Source: Alphaproteobacteria bacterium UBA3768
GTDB taxonomy: Bacteria > Pseudomonadota > Alphaproteobacteria > CAAHEQ01 > UBA3637
DNA length: 64,000 nucleotides
Direction: 5' to 3'
NCBI GenBank assembly: GCA_002372315.1
Contig: DFFU01000004.1
Location: 29,785-93,784 of the forward strand
Of the stretch, positions 38,870-50,702 are shown piece after piece. Under the pieces are notes generated by a model. That model was not told the origin of the DNA, searched no databases, and saw only the letters and a list, made by a program, of their open reading frames with translations. The stretch's first letter is position 1. Each line of letters begins with the position of its first letter. The position numbers and the translations under genes are program-made.

Positions 38870-40392
38870 TCCTTGGAAACCAATCCTTTTTTTATCAGGG
38901 CGTGTTCAAATGTCTTTAACAGAAGTTCTTTATCTTTTTCATTCAATTTTTCTTTTTTTTCTGTCCAAGCTGTTATCATGTGTGAAAAATTATTTTTTAA
39001 AATTTGATCAATCAACTCTTGTGCAGTGGATATTTTTTCTTCAGTAACATTATCCAGTAATCCATTATTCAATGCTAAAAAAATACCTATTTGGGTGCTT
39101 GCATCAAATAAAAGGTATTGACGTTGTTGCAAAACGGAACGTATTGTGCGTCCACGTTTTAAGCGTGCTAGCGTATCCCCTTCCATTTGGACTCCAAATT
39201 TGGAAAAAGATTCCAATTCTTCAAATTGAGAATAGAAAAGTTTTAATGGGGCTACCAAGGAACGATAAGCTGGTAATTGTGCACTACTTCCCACACGAGA
39301 TACTGAACGACCAGTATCAATAGCAGGCATTTGCCCTTTTTGATATAATGCGTTTGATAGGTATATTTGTCCGTCTGTGATTGAAATAACATTTGTAGGA
39401 ATATAGGCCGAAATATTTCCTGCTTCTGTGGCCACAATGGGGAGAGCCGTTAAAGATCCACCACCAAATTTAGGGCGCAAATGAGTAGCGCGTTCCAATA
39501 AACGTGAATGTAAATAAAAAATATCACCTGGATAGGCCTCGCGTCCAGGTGGCGTACGTAACAATAATGACATTTGTCGATAAGCTCTTGCATGTGCTGT
39601 CAAATCATCATAAACAACTAAAACATCTTTTCCTTTACTCATAAAATATTCACCAATAGAGGTGGCTGCGTAGGGGGCGATGTATTGTAAACCAGCTTCA
39701 TCTTCACCACTAGCGATAACAACAACACTGTTTTTCAACATATCGTACTCATTTAATGTATTGATGACACGTGCAGTATCACTTAAGCGTTGACCAATGG
39801 CACAATATATGCAAATTACTCCAGAATTCTTTTGATTTAAAATGGTATCAACAGCAATAGCGGTTTTCCCAGTTTGTCTGTCGCCCAATATCAATTCACG
39901 TTGGCCACGACCAATTGGTGTAAAACAGTCAATGGCCTTTATACCAGTTTGTAGAGGGGTATTTACAGGTAAGCGTGCCATAATGGGAGGGGCCTCACGC
40001 TCAATAGGAAGGGTTTGTTTTGTGGCCAATATTCCTTTGTTATCCAACGGTTGTCCCAATGGATTGATAACGCGACCAAGCAATTCATTGCCAACAGGAA
40101 TATCTAAAACTTTATGTGTTTGGGTGGCTCTATCACCCGCTTTGAGTGTATCAGCGTTTGTTAAAAAAATGACACCCGCTCCTTCATTGGATAAACTGTG
40201 AACCATACCAATGACACCATTTTTAAAACTTAATAGTTCATTGATTTTTGCATGGGTTAACCCAGAAACAATAGCTGTTCCAGCCGATAATGATTCAATG
40301 GAATTAACTTCCTTTATGCGTAATTGAAAAGAAGATTTGTTTAGTGCTTTGCTAACATTTTTTCGCGCGGCTTTGGCAATATTTTTTTGCAT
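38866..40392 (-). CDS. atpA: ATP synthase alpha subunit (N-ATPase-type operon)
   Basis: Walker A GDRQTGKT and conserved alpha-subunit motifs. Confidence 0.9.
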   Translation of the reverse strand: MQKNIAKAARKNVSKALNKSSFQLRIKEVNSIESLSAGTAIVSGLTHAKINELLSFKNGVIGMVHSLSNEGAGVIFLTNADTLKAGDRATQTHKVLDIPVGNELLGRVINPLGQPLDNKGILATKQTLPIEREAPPIMARLPVNTPLQTGIKAIDCFTPIGRGQRELILGDRQTGKTAIAVDTILNQKNSGVICIYCAIGQRLSDTARVINTLNEYDMLKNSVVVIASGEDEAGLQYIAPYAATSIGEYFMSKGKDVLVVYDDLTAHARAYRQMSLLLRTPPGREAYPGDIFYLHSRLLERATHLRPKFGGGSLTALPIVATEAGNISAYIPTNVISITDGQIYLSNALYQKGQMPAIDTGRSVSRVGSSAQLPAYRSLVAPLKLFYSQFEELESFSKFGVQMEGDTLARLKRGRTIRSVLQQRQYLLFDASTQIGIFLALNNGLLDNVTEEKISTAQELIDQILKNNFSHMITAWTEKKEKLNEKDKELLLKTFEHALIKKGLVSKE

Positions 40393-40400
40393 TGGCTCTC

Positions 40401-41168
40401 CTATTCTTCATGACTTAAAAGGTTGTCTAAAGCTTGTTGCATTTCATCCAAATAATTTTTTATTGTCCAATCAATGGCAATATCTTGAATGCGAATTTCA
40501 ACTCCCATAACTAAAGAGGGAGCAACATTATATTGAATTTTTGTTTTGGGCGAAATTTGCAAATAAGAACGTAAAAAACGATTCATATCCCTGCGGTGTT
40601 TTTCATCTAAAGTTTTTGATGAATTTATATAAATAACTTTTTGATTTAAAAGTACTTTATTTAGTTCATTCTTTTCAGATTGTTTTAATTTTATTAATTT
40701 TTCATAAAACAAATTTAAAACACGTTCAATAGGGGTTGCTCCCGTTAAATCAGTGATGATGCGTCCAGCTATTTTCATAAAATCATGACTGATAAATTGT
40801 TCCAATTCTGTTTTTAAATTCTCGTTTTGTAACTTTATTTGTTCATTCAGTTGATGCTTTAATTGATTGGCTTCTTTTTTGATTTTTATCAAGTTATCTT
40901 TACGATTTTGAGCCAATTCTTTTGCAAGATCATTTCGTTGACTTTGTAAAGATTTTTCCAAAGCATTTTTTTCTATCTGCAAAGTTTGAAATTCAGATTC
41001 AGCTTGACGGTGTAGGTTGTTTGCTGATTCAATTTTTTCATTTATTTCAGACTGTCGTTTAGCAATAACATTAGTAATCGGTGCATATAAGAAGTGTTTT
41101 AGCAACCACACTAAAACGAGCAGGTTAATAATTTCTGCAAAAAAAGTAATCCAATCAATTTGCATCAA
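40401..41168 (-). CDS. atpF: ATP synthase b subunit with a C-terminal region resembling the delta (OSCP) C-terminal domain (b-delta-like fusion)
   Basis: N-terminal TM plus long coiled-coil (b-like); the last ~100 aa end in VMGVEIRIQDIAIDWTIKNYLDEMQQAL, resembling the delta C-terminal IGG..V..GD..ID.S....L..L motif; no separate atpH in the operon. Confidence 0.7.
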   Translation of the reverse strand: MMQIDWITFFAEIINLLVLVWLLKHFLYAPITNVIAKRQSEINEKIESANNLHRQAESEFQTLQIEKNALEKSLQSQRNDLAKELAQNRKDNLIKIKKEANQLKHQLNEQIKLQNENLKTELEQFISHDFMKIAGRIITDLTGATPIERVLNLFYEKLIKLKQSEKNELNKVLLNQKVIYINSSKTLDEKHRRDMNRFLRSYLQISPKTKIQYNVAPSLVMGVEIRIQDIAIDWTIKNYLDEMQQALDNLLSHEE

Positions 41169-41174
41169 AATCCT

Positions 41175-41453
41175 TTATTTGCTAGCGTGTTCAATAACAT
41201 AATTCCAAAATGGGTTGGCATACAAAATCAAAATCGTAATCACAAAAGCATAAATAGCGGTTGATTCTATCATTGCCATTGACACAAACAATGTGCGTGT
41301 AATGTTAGATGATTCATCAGGTTGCTGTGCCATTGAACGTAAAGCATTTGCCGCTACATTGGCTTCCCCAAGTGCCGGTCCAATACCACCAATTGCAATG
41401 CACAAAGCTGCCGCAATAATTGACATCGCTCCAATTAAAGTAATCGCATCCAT
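41175..41453 (-). CDS. atpE: ATP synthase c subunit with Na+-binding-type ligand set
   Basis: hairpin c subunit; helix 2 ESTAIYAFVITILILYANPF closely matches the Na+-binding c-ring signature (ES/ET..Y); Glu in helix 1 (GPALGE). Confidence 0.8.
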   Translation of the reverse strand: MDAITLIGAMSIIAAALCIAIGGIGPALGEANVAANALRSMAQQPDESSNITRTLFVSMAMIESTAIYAFVITILILYANPFWNYVIEHASK

Positions 41454-41456
41454 ATT

Positions 41457-42152
41457 CTATACTCCTTTTGTATCGGTTGATTGACTAGACTCTTTCGGGG
41501 CGACCGCCGATACATAAACAATCGCCAAGAGTGCAAAAATATATGCTTGAATCGTACCAGTTAAAAGACCAAGCATTTGCATGGGTAAAGGTACAATAAA
41601 CGGGGCTAAAGTAATTAAAACACTGCTGATGACAACACCACTCAGCATATTTCCATATAAACGAAAAGCTAAGGAAAAGGTGGAAGAAAAATCACTGACA
41701 ATATTCATGGGTAACATAATGGGGGTAGGTTCAATAAATTTTTTTAAATATCCTTTCAATCCAGCATTTTTAATACCATAATAAGGAATTGCAAAAAATA
41801 CGCAACAAGCAAATGCCGTTGTTGTTGTTAAACTGGCTGTGGGTACCCTGAACCAAGGAATGATACTGAGTAAATTTGACATTGCAATAAATAAAAAGAA
41901 AGTACCGATAATAGGCAAATATTTAACGGGATTATCATTAGCAACATCTTTTATTTGTTTTTGAATACTCATCACAATCATTTCCATGATTATCTGTGTT
42001 TTACTGATTTCCCCATGTGTCTTTAAGTGATAAGTCAGCCATAAAGAAATACTCACTAAAACCAACATAACAATCCATGTATAAAATATGGTTGCATTGA
42101 TGGGCAGGGGGCCCAAGTGAAAAATAATCAGCTGATCAATATTTTCTAACAT
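41457..42152 (-). CDS. atpB: ATP synthase a subunit
   Basis: polytopic protein with the essential Arg in an RLYGN motif. Confidence 0.8.
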   Translation of the reverse strand: MLENIDQLIIFHLGPLPINATIFYTWIVMLVLVSISLWLTYHLKTHGEISKTQIIMEMIVMSIQKQIKDVANDNPVKYLPIIGTFFLFIAMSNLLSIIPWFRVPTASLTTTTAFACCVFFAIPYYGIKNAGLKGYLKKFIEPTPIMLPMNIVSDFSSTFSLAFRLYGNMLSGVVISSVLITLAPFIVPLPMQMLGLLTGTIQAYIFALLAIVYVSAVAPKESSQSTDTKGV

Positions 42153-42439
42153 GTTTTCCCCTTATTGTTTAAAAAAGGAACCAATATCGATCTTGTTCCT
42201 ACAAAACCAACAAACAACCATAAAAATAAAGTAGGATTTTTTAAAATCAATAATATTGCAACAATCGCAAACAAGGTCAAACGCATAATGGACGACAAAA
42301 ATAAAAACAGTCCTTTATTTTTTATTTTGGGTAAGTTTTGGGTGGTATACCACAGCAATGTAAAGTAGATTAGGCTTAAGATAATGCCAGATATAACAGC
42401 AATTCCTATCATGTTCGCAGAAAGATTTATATCAATCAT
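42146..42439 (-). CDS. atpR: N-ATPase-associated small membrane protein AtpR-like
   Basis: ~97-aa three-helix membrane protein with a conserved Arg in the last helix; position between atpQ and atpB as in N-ATPase operons. Confidence 0.5.
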   Translation of the reverse strand: MIDINLSANMIGIAVISGIILSLIYFTLLWYTTQNLPKIKNKGLFLFLSSIMRLTLFAIVAILLILKNPTLFLWLFVGFVGTRSILVPFLNNKGKTC

Positions 42440-42729
42440 TTTTCTTTCCTTTCTGAAGTTGATAGGATTTTTTGAGCCATATTGTGGCATTAATAAAACC
42501 AATAACAAAACCAACAATAATCAAATTAAATGACCATGAAAAATTAGTGGGATGATATTTATCCAATAGGCATCCGATAAAAATCCCCAGTACAACAGGA
42601 ATAGCAATTTGCCAGCCATATATACTTAAAATAGCCACATTATAATTGATTTTAATCTGACTGCGTCTTTGGCGCTTATTTGCCTTTTGAATTAATTGGT
42701 TGGCTGTTTTATTCAATTGCCTTTGAAAA

Positions 42730-42737
<8 letters not shown>
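42432..42737 (-). CDS. atpQ: N-ATPase-associated small membrane protein AtpQ/AtpI-like
   Basis: 101-aa two-helix membrane protein placed between atpC and atpR. Confidence 0.5.
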
Positions 42738-44558
<1,821 letters not shown>

Positions 44559-44580
44559 TCAAGCGAAAAAAATATCTAAA

Positions 44581-44609
44581 TTGACAAAAAGAGCTTTTGG
44601 GTGTATAAT
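44581..44609 (+). promoter_or_regulatory. consensus sigma70 promoter (TTGACA-N17-TATAAT) for nadK
   Basis: read directly in the sequence; -10 ends 20 nt before ATG 44629, which has a GGAGAGGG RBS. Confidence 0.5.
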
Positions 44610-44628
44610 ATTGTACACAGGAGAGGGA

Positions 44629-45357
44629 ATGAAACTACATTTTACTTTTGGTAAAGATAGTGCAAAAGACGCATTTGAATCATGTGTGCGACTGTATGGA
44701 CAGAGTCTGTTACACTCTGCATCAGCACACGTTGTTTTGGGGGGAGATGGAACGACATTGGATGCCCTGCGCTCTCAGGCAGAGCAGGGGGTTGATATAC
44801 CTATTTTTGCGCTTAATTATGGAACATTGGGATGGCTGACAAATCATAAAGATTGGGAGGATTTGCCTGATCGAATTTTAAGGTCTAAACAACTTCCTAT
44901 TACGCCTTTAAAAGCGGATATTACCACTTTTTTAAATGGAAAAAAAATCACGGCTTATGCTTTTAATGAATTTTCTTTCTTTCGTGGTCCTTCTATGCAG
45001 GCTGTGGATTTAAACGTTGTAACACCACAATGGCAACAAAATGTGCGAGGAGATGGTGTTATAGTATCAACCCCTTTAGGATCAAATGCTTATCTGAAAT
45101 CAGCAGGGGGACCACAATTAATGCCAGGTGCTAGTGTGATGGCTATTCAAACAAATAATGCATTGCACCCATTTTCCAAAATTATCTCATCGGATGAAGC
45201 AGTCGGTTTTTCTGTCCATCAACATGAAAAAAGGCCGGTCCGAATTGAATGTGATTCTAAATTGGCAATAGATAATGTTTCACATGCCGTTGTAAGGGTG
45301 GCAAAAAATCGTGTTCAAACCCTTTTATTTGATAGAATAGAAAGAAAAAGAGATTAA
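44629..45357 (+). CDS. nadK: NAD+ kinase
   Basis: GGDGT and NEFS motifs; start at internal ATG 44629 downstream of the promoter. Confidence 0.8.
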   Translation: MKLHFTFGKDSAKDAFESCVRLYGQSLLHSASAHVVLGGDGTTLDALRSQAEQGVDIPIFALNYGTLGWLTNHKDWEDLPDRILRSKQLPITPLKADITTFLNGKKITAYAFNEFSFFRGPSMQAVDLNVVTPQWQQNVRGDGVIVSTPLGSNAYLKSAGGPQLMPGASVMAIQTNNALHPFSKIISSDEAVGFSVHQHEKRPVRIECDSKLAIDNVSHAVVRVAKNRVQTLLFDRIERKRD

Positions 45358-45455
45358 CTTTTTCAGCTTTTATAAAAAAATACTTGCAATTCAATTTTAA
45401 ATTGTTTACACTGACGACATATGGGGGATTGTGCCCAATATGAAAGGGAAGAAAA

Positions 45456-46379
45456 ATGCAAAAAAGTTTTTTATTTTCAACGATTTTATCTATAATAGCT
45501 GCTTTTTATGCCATGCCTTCTGAGGCATCATATTGTGCATGTGCTGGTCGTTGTTCAGCAGGTGCAAGTTGTAATTGTTCAACTGGCGCTTGTACAATTC
45601 CAGCCAGATATGCCTATGGTTATGTGGATACAGCAGCTCCTGTTGCGTATATCCCTCAGGCACAACCTGTGTATCGTGCTGCAACTCCTTATCGCACAAC
45701 AGAGCCAACGCGGAAATATGCACCATTGCGTGCGGCACCGTATATGGCAGTGCGTGTTGGTATAGCCTCATTGGAAGGGGATGTAAAATATCATTCCAGT
45801 GTATCAAATACACCACACGAAGGTGGAAATTGGCAAAAAGATTTTGATGATGATGTTTTCTTTGGCTCATTAGCATTTGGTATGAAAAAAAATAATTGGC
45901 GTGCTGAATTGGAAGGGAGCTATTATACAGAAGCAGATAAAAGTATTGCTTTTTCATCCGCAAGTTTATATGGTTTTAATCCATTTAAGGCAAAATTGCA
46001 GGTAAGTACTTTGTTGCTCAATATTTTTTATGATATTCCAACAAATTCACGCTTTACACCGTTCATTGGTGCAGGTGTTGGGCTTTCTCGTATCAAGGGT
46101 AAATATGAAACAGTGGATACAGATGGACCTCATACTGAAAGCCACAACAAGACGAATTTAACATGGCAGATTGGGGCGGGAATTTCATATGCCCTCACAG
46201 GCACTGTAAATTTGGATTTGGCATATCGTTATACACATTATGGAAAAGCTAAATTACAATCTTATAGCGGATGTGATGTTGACGCTTCTGGTGGATTGGG
46301 TGATTATGTTTCTGATCATACGGAAGTTAAGGATTTAACATCTCATTCATTGTCTGCAGGGATCAGGTTTAGCTTTTAA
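45456..46379 (+). CDS. outer-membrane beta-barrel protein (Omp25/OmpA-like porin family) with a Cys-rich N-terminal extension
   Basis: signal peptide; Cys cluster CACAGRCSAGASCNCSTGAC; alternating amphipathic beta-strands; C-terminal aromatic ...IRFSF. Confidence 0.6.
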   Translation: MQKSFLFSTILSIIAAFYAMPSEASYCACAGRCSAGASCNCSTGACTIPARYAYGYVDTAAPVAYIPQAQPVYRAATPYRTTEPTRKYAPLRAAPYMAVRVGIASLEGDVKYHSSVSNTPHEGGNWQKDFDDDVFFGSLAFGMKKNNWRAELEGSYYTEADKSIAFSSASLYGFNPFKAKLQVSTLLLNIFYDIPTNSRFTPFIGAGVGLSRIKGKYETVDTDGPHTESHNKTNLTWQIGAGISYALTGTVNLDLAYRYTHYGKAKLQSYSGCDVDASGGLGDYVSDHTEVKDLTSHSLSAGIRFSF

Positions 46380-46405
46380 TTATTTTGATATGAAAGTGAA
46401 CTAGA

Positions 46406-46885
46406 ATGGATAAAAAAGATAGAAATTCTTTATTGATGGCTGCTGGTGGCGCAGCTATAGCTGGTGCTTCAATGTTGGTGGGCCAATCTCTTGCAGGTGT
46501 GGAAGTAACAAATGATATTTTGGAAGCTGCAAAAATTATTTTAGGTTTTATTCCGGGCGCATCTGCTGTTGTTTCTGCGATAGGTTTTGTTCAATTGGCC
46601 GTTAAATATGGTGGTAAAGCATATCAATTATTAAAGCAAAAATTTCAAGAAAAATATCATATTAGTGAAAAAGAAGCAGATAAAATGTTAAAATCACTGT
46701 CTAATGATACAAACTCTGCATCCAAGACAACCACCAAAGAAAGGGGGATGACAGATGTTATGAAAAAAGCCTATAACCGTGGCGCGCCAATAAATAATCA
46801 ATCGCGACGCTCAGCCCGAAATCCATCATTACCCCATCAATTGAATGGTAAGCTATTTTCTTCTGAAAAACAATCCATTCGCTGA
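46406..46885 (+). CDS. hypothetical protein with a Gly/Ala-rich N-terminal hydrophobic region
   Basis: ORF only; convergent with ettA. Confidence 0.4.
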   Translation: MDKKDRNSLLMAAGGAAIAGASMLVGQSLAGVEVTNDILEAAKIILGFIPGASAVVSAIGFVQLAVKYGGKAYQLLKQKFQEKYHISEKEADKMLKSLSNDTNSASKTTTKERGMTDVMKKAYNRGAPINNQSRRSARNPSLPHQLNGKLFSSEKQSIR

Positions 46886-46893
46886 TTGTCTTT

Positions 46894-48570
46894 TTACTTT
46901 CTTTCAATCGGTTTATATTTGATGCGATGTGGAGTGTCAGCATCAATGCCTAAACGACGTTTACGATCTGCTTCATATTCAGCGTAGTTGCCTTCAAACC
47001 AAACAACCTGGCTGTCGCCTTCGAAAGCGAGGATATGCGTTGCCAACCTATCCAAAAACCATCGATCATGGCTGGTAATAACAGCGCATCCAGGAAAGTC
47101 CATCAAGGCTTCTTCCAATGCCCGCAAAGTATCCACATCCAAATCATTGGTCGGTTCATCCAATAATAAGACATTGGCGCCGGACTTTAACATTTTGGCC
47201 ATATGAACGCGATTGCGTTCCCCGCCGGAGAGCATCCCAATTTTCTTCTGTTGATCGGCTCCTTTAAAATTGAATTGAGCCACATATGCACGACTGGAAA
47301 TTTCGCGTTTTCCCAAGGTTAGCATATCATTACCACCCGAAATTTCCTGCCATACTGTGTTATTGTCATTCAAGGAATCTCGACTTTGATCTACATACCC
47401 CAACTTTACTGTTTCTCCCACACGGAATGTGCCTGCATCAGGTGTTTCTTGACCCGTAATAATGCGCATCAAAGTTGTTTTTCCTGCACCATTGGGACCA
47501 ATGACGCCGACGATACCACCGGCGGGCAGGTTAAAACTTAAATTATCAAATAACAACTTATCGCCGAAAGCTTTGCGTAAATTATCTGCTTTTAAAACTA
47601 AATCTCCCAAACGGGGACCGGCCGGAATAACAATCTGTGCAACGTCAGGTACTTTTTCATTGGATTTTTTTAGAAGTTCTTCATAGGCTGTGATACGTGC
47701 TTTAGACTTTGCCTGACGTGCTTTGGGGCTAGATCTCACCCATTCTAACTCTTCCTTCAAAGTTTTTTGACGTTTATCCTCGGCATTTTGTTCAATTTCT
47801 AATCGTTTTTCTTTTGCTTCCAACCATTTTGTATAGTTGCCTTCATAAGGAATACCTTCACCCCGATCCATTTCCAAAATCCACCCCGTTACATTATCCA
47901 AAAAATAACGATCATGTGTAATCATCACAACAGTATTGGGAAAATTTTTCAAATAAACTTGAAGCCATGCAACAGATTCTGCATCCAAATGGTTGGTAGG
48001 TTCATCCAACAACAGCATATCTGGTTTGGACAACAACAGGCGACACAAAGCGACCCGTCTTTTTTCTCCCCCAGATAATTTCGTCACATCAGCTTCAGCA
48101 GGTGGGCAACGCAAAGCATCCATTGCGATTTCTACATTTCTTTCAAAATCCCAACCGCCCACTGCATCAATTTTTTCTTGCAGTTCGGCTTGCTCGGCCA
48201 ATAACTTATCCATATCGGCTTCGGGGTCAGCAAAGGCATTGTTCACTTCTTCCCAGCGTTTCATGAGATCGCGAATTTCACCCACACCATCCATAATGTT
48301 TTCAATGACATTTTTGGATGGATCTAGCTGTGGTTCTTGGGGAAGATAGCCCACTTTTACGCCTTCGGCAGGCCAAGCTTCGCCTGTAAAATTATCATCT
48401 AATCCTGCCATAATTTTCATCAATGTTGATTTACCTGCACCATTTGGCCCAATGACACCAATTTTTGCACCAGGAAAAAAACTCAACCAAATATGCTTTA
48501 AAACCTCTTTTCCCCCAGGAAAAGTTTTACATAAATCTTTCATCACATAAATATACTGATAAGCGGGCAT
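46894..48570 (-). CDS. ettA: ABC-F family translation-throttle ATPase EttA
   Basis: two ABC ATPase cassettes with inter-domain linker; ~555 aa typical of EttA. Confidence 0.85.
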   Translation of the reverse strand: MPAYQYIYVMKDLCKTFPGGKEVLKHIWLSFFPGAKIGVIGPNGAGKSTLMKIMAGLDDNFTGEAWPAEGVKVGYLPQEPQLDPSKNVIENIMDGVGEIRDLMKRWEEVNNAFADPEADMDKLLAEQAELQEKIDAVGGWDFERNVEIAMDALRCPPAEADVTKLSGGEKRRVALCRLLLSKPDMLLLDEPTNHLDAESVAWLQVYLKNFPNTVVMITHDRYFLDNVTGWILEMDRGEGIPYEGNYTKWLEAKEKRLEIEQNAEDKRQKTLKEELEWVRSSPKARQAKSKARITAYEELLKKSNEKVPDVAQIVIPAGPRLGDLVLKADNLRKAFGDKLLFDNLSFNLPAGGIVGVIGPNGAGKTTLMRIITGQETPDAGTFRVGETVKLGYVDQSRDSLNDNNTVWQEISGGNDMLTLGKREISSRAYVAQFNFKGADQQKKIGMLSGGERNRVHMAKMLKSGANVLLLDEPTNDLDVDTLRALEEALMDFPGCAVITSHDRWFLDRLATHILAFEGDSQVVWFEGNYAEYEADRKRRLGIDADTPHRIKYKPIERK

Positions 48571-48649
48571 CTTTGAATCCTTTGTTAAAGTTGAAAATTA
48601 GGGGATATTCTATCCAAAAAAGCCCCAAAAGTCAAGATTAAAATCTCTG

Positions 48650-48811
48650 TTAAAACGATCGGATATCGCCATTTTTAATGGTCCAAATTCTTTCAAAAAT
48701 TTTATCAGCTTGTCTTTTCTTTTTGGGATCATCAACAATCTTGTTCCATTTTCTTAAGAGTTGACAGACTTCTTTTTGTTCTTTGGACATGGTTTCTGTT
48801 CTTTTTCTCAT
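48650..48811 (-). CDS. possible 53-aa small ORF translationally coupled (ATGA overlap) to the fucosyltransferase gene
   Basis: minus-strand translation MRKRTETMSKEQKEVCQLLRKWNKIVDDPKKKRQADKIFERIWTIKNGDIRSF; start codon overlaps the fucT stop. Confidence 0.25.
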   Translation of the reverse strand: MRKRTETMSKEQKEVCQLLRKWNKIVDDPKKKRQADKIFERIWTIKNGDIRSF

Positions 48812-49791
48812 CGATACTTTCCGTCCTTATCTATTTTTTTGTGAAAATATCTTAAAATAAAATATTTTAGTATCAATTTGATATCACGCCATTTCAAAGT
48901 TCGATAATCAAAATCTTGATAAGGTTTAAAGTAAAAACGACGTTTGGCTTTATCAATGGGTTGTGAAAATATGTGGTCAAAAAATTCAAAGATTTTTTCG
49001 TCCGAATATTTTTCAAAAGTATCTGTCGTAAAGGTGGGTTCTTGCATTATCGACCAATAAAGTTCATCATTGGTATCAATCTCCTTCACACGAGCTATCA
49101 AAGTATCCATGTCAGGATAATCATGAGCATTGATAAACGCTTTTGGGTTAAAATCTTGGACAGCCAAAGTATCACCATAATAAATAGGAATACATCCACT
49201 GGCAAAAGCTTCCAGCAATTTTTCAGTTGTGTAGCCTGGTGTGTAAGTATTTTCAGCACATAAGCAAAACTTATATCCTTTTTGAAATTTCAGTTTATCC
49301 GGAACAGGTCCTCCCACTGAATTGCGCCACTTTCCACCTGAAGCCACTGTTTTATATGCAGAAAGAGCTTCAAACATTTTTTCACGCATACCATCTGTTT
49401 GGGTTGAATTGGAAATCACTGTTGCACAAAAAGAACGATTTAGAGCCTCTTCTTTGGAAAACATAGTTGTTTTTTCTTCGGCCAATTTCATGATGCCTTT
49501 TGAATATGCCCAAAGGGGAAGTCGCATATATCTATCATCGAAAGAAAGTGTAGCAAAACCAATGGCATAATCGCAATAGTTAAAGTTTGGGATTATGTTT
49601 TCGCCCGTCATAAAAATGCGAATACAATCATAGTTATGGTGCTCATTATCAGCGGGTGTATAAAAAACATAATCTGGGTTGTCTGAAACCTGTAAATCAT
49701 ATTTGCTTTCCAATAATTTTTTAAAAGGAAAAGCATCGGGGGTAAATTTTTCCCCAAATCCACAAAACTTAATTTTAATGGTTTGTGCCAT
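48808..49791 (-). CDS. alpha-1,3-fucosyltransferase, glycosyltransferase family 10
   Basis: GT10 signature FCLCAENTYTPGYTTEKLLEAFASGCIPIYYGD (consensus FxLxFENSxxxxYxTEK...IPIYxG). Confidence 0.8.
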   Translation of the reverse strand: MAQTIKIKFCGFGEKFTPDAFPFKKLLESKYDLQVSDNPDYVFYTPADNEHHNYDCIRIFMTGENIIPNFNYCDYAIGFATLSFDDRYMRLPLWAYSKGIMKLAEEKTTMFSKEEALNRSFCATVISNSTQTDGMREKMFEALSAYKTVASGGKWRNSVGGPVPDKLKFQKGYKFCLCAENTYTPGYTTEKLLEAFASGCIPIYYGDTLAVQDFNPKAFINAHDYPDMDTLIARVKEIDTNDELYWSIMQEPTFTTDTFEKYSDEKIFEFFDHIFSQPIDKAKRRFYFKPYQDFDYRTLKWRDIKLILKYFILRYFHKKIDKDGKYR

Positions 49792-50702
49792 TATTTAACT
49801 CCTTTATTTAAATACTGCCAACGCTTATTGGTTGATATATCCCAAATAATCATTCTGTTATTAAAAAGTAAGGAACCATGTACAATGGTTTCATTTAAAT
49901 TAATAGTTTTGTCTAAAGCATATTTGCTATATTTAATGGCAATGTCAGTTAGTTGTTGTTGCGTTCTTTGAATAGCTAGATCAATTTTAGAAAAATCAAA
50001 AAGAGGATGTTTGTCTTTTTTCAAAAATTCAGTCAATGCTTTTTCATCTACAAAACTTTTTTTTAAAGGTTCATTTTCATCTAACTCTTTTTTAAATTTT
50101 TGAACCCATTCGCTTATTTTTGTTTTTTGATATTCTTTAAGAGTGGAGCTATCACGGATGGCTGTGTGTTTAATGTTCAAAGAGGGATCGATTGAAAGAA
50201 AATCCAAAGGTGATAATTTACCCCATTTAATACTGCTAGCATCTGTAGCAGGATAGATTTCTATTTGAGGTAGAGAATTTTTATACCATATGCCAAAACT
50301 GTATATCCAATCCAATCGATTGGATGGATATTTCCCTTGAACCACTTCATGAACAACGCAGTTATAGCCTTGATCATGGCGTTCATGTATGTAATCAGCA
50401 CATTTTTGTAGATTTTTATCTAACCCGATATTTGAAAAGGCGATAGCTTCAACTGGTGTTGTTTCAGATTTTTTTTCACATCTAACAACGAGGTTTGAAA
50501 TTTTATATTCCGTTATAATTGATTTCAAGGAAGAAGTTATATCTTTTTTCGTTAAATCTTCTTGTTCCCCCAAAAAGAGATTAATCAAAAAATAAGAAGT
50601 ATCTTTGAAAATATCATATAAACGATATAGAGAATCGAACTTCTCACATCCCGTAAAATGGGGACATTTTTTTTCAATCTCTTTTTGGAAAATATAGGGC
50701 AT
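49791..50702 (-). CDS. hypothetical protein co-transcribed with the GT10 fucosyltransferase (TAATG stop-start overlap)
   Basis: 303-aa ORF; begins immediately after the dut stop; no recognisable family. Confidence 0.5.
   Translation of the reverse strand: MPYIFQKEIEKKCPHFTGCEKFDSLYRLYDIFKDTSYFLINLFLGEQEDLTKKDITSSLKSIITEYKISNLVVRCEKKSETTPVEAIAFSNIGLDKNLQKCADYIHERHDQGYNCVVHEVVQGKYPSNRLDWIYSFGIWYKNSLPQIEIYPATDASSIKWGKLSPLDFLSIDPSLNIKHTAIRDSSTLKEYQKTKISEWVQKFKKELDENEPLKKSFVDEKALTEFLKKDKHPLFDFSKIDLAIQRTQQQLTDIAIKYSKYALDKTINLNETIVHGSLLFNNRMIIWDISTNKRWQYLNKGVK

Noticed and set aside
45490-45963. Antisense ORFs (45490-45963 minus; 45508-45765 and 45575-45847 plus) inside the OMP gene
   Set aside because: They overlap the well-supported signal-peptide/beta-barrel gene 45456-46379 and have His/Gln-rich low-complexity translations typical of spurious frames.
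47462-48349. Plus-strand ORFs (74 and 118 aa) inside ettA
   Set aside because: Antisense to the conserved ABC-F gene; Ser/Pro-rich shadow ORFs.
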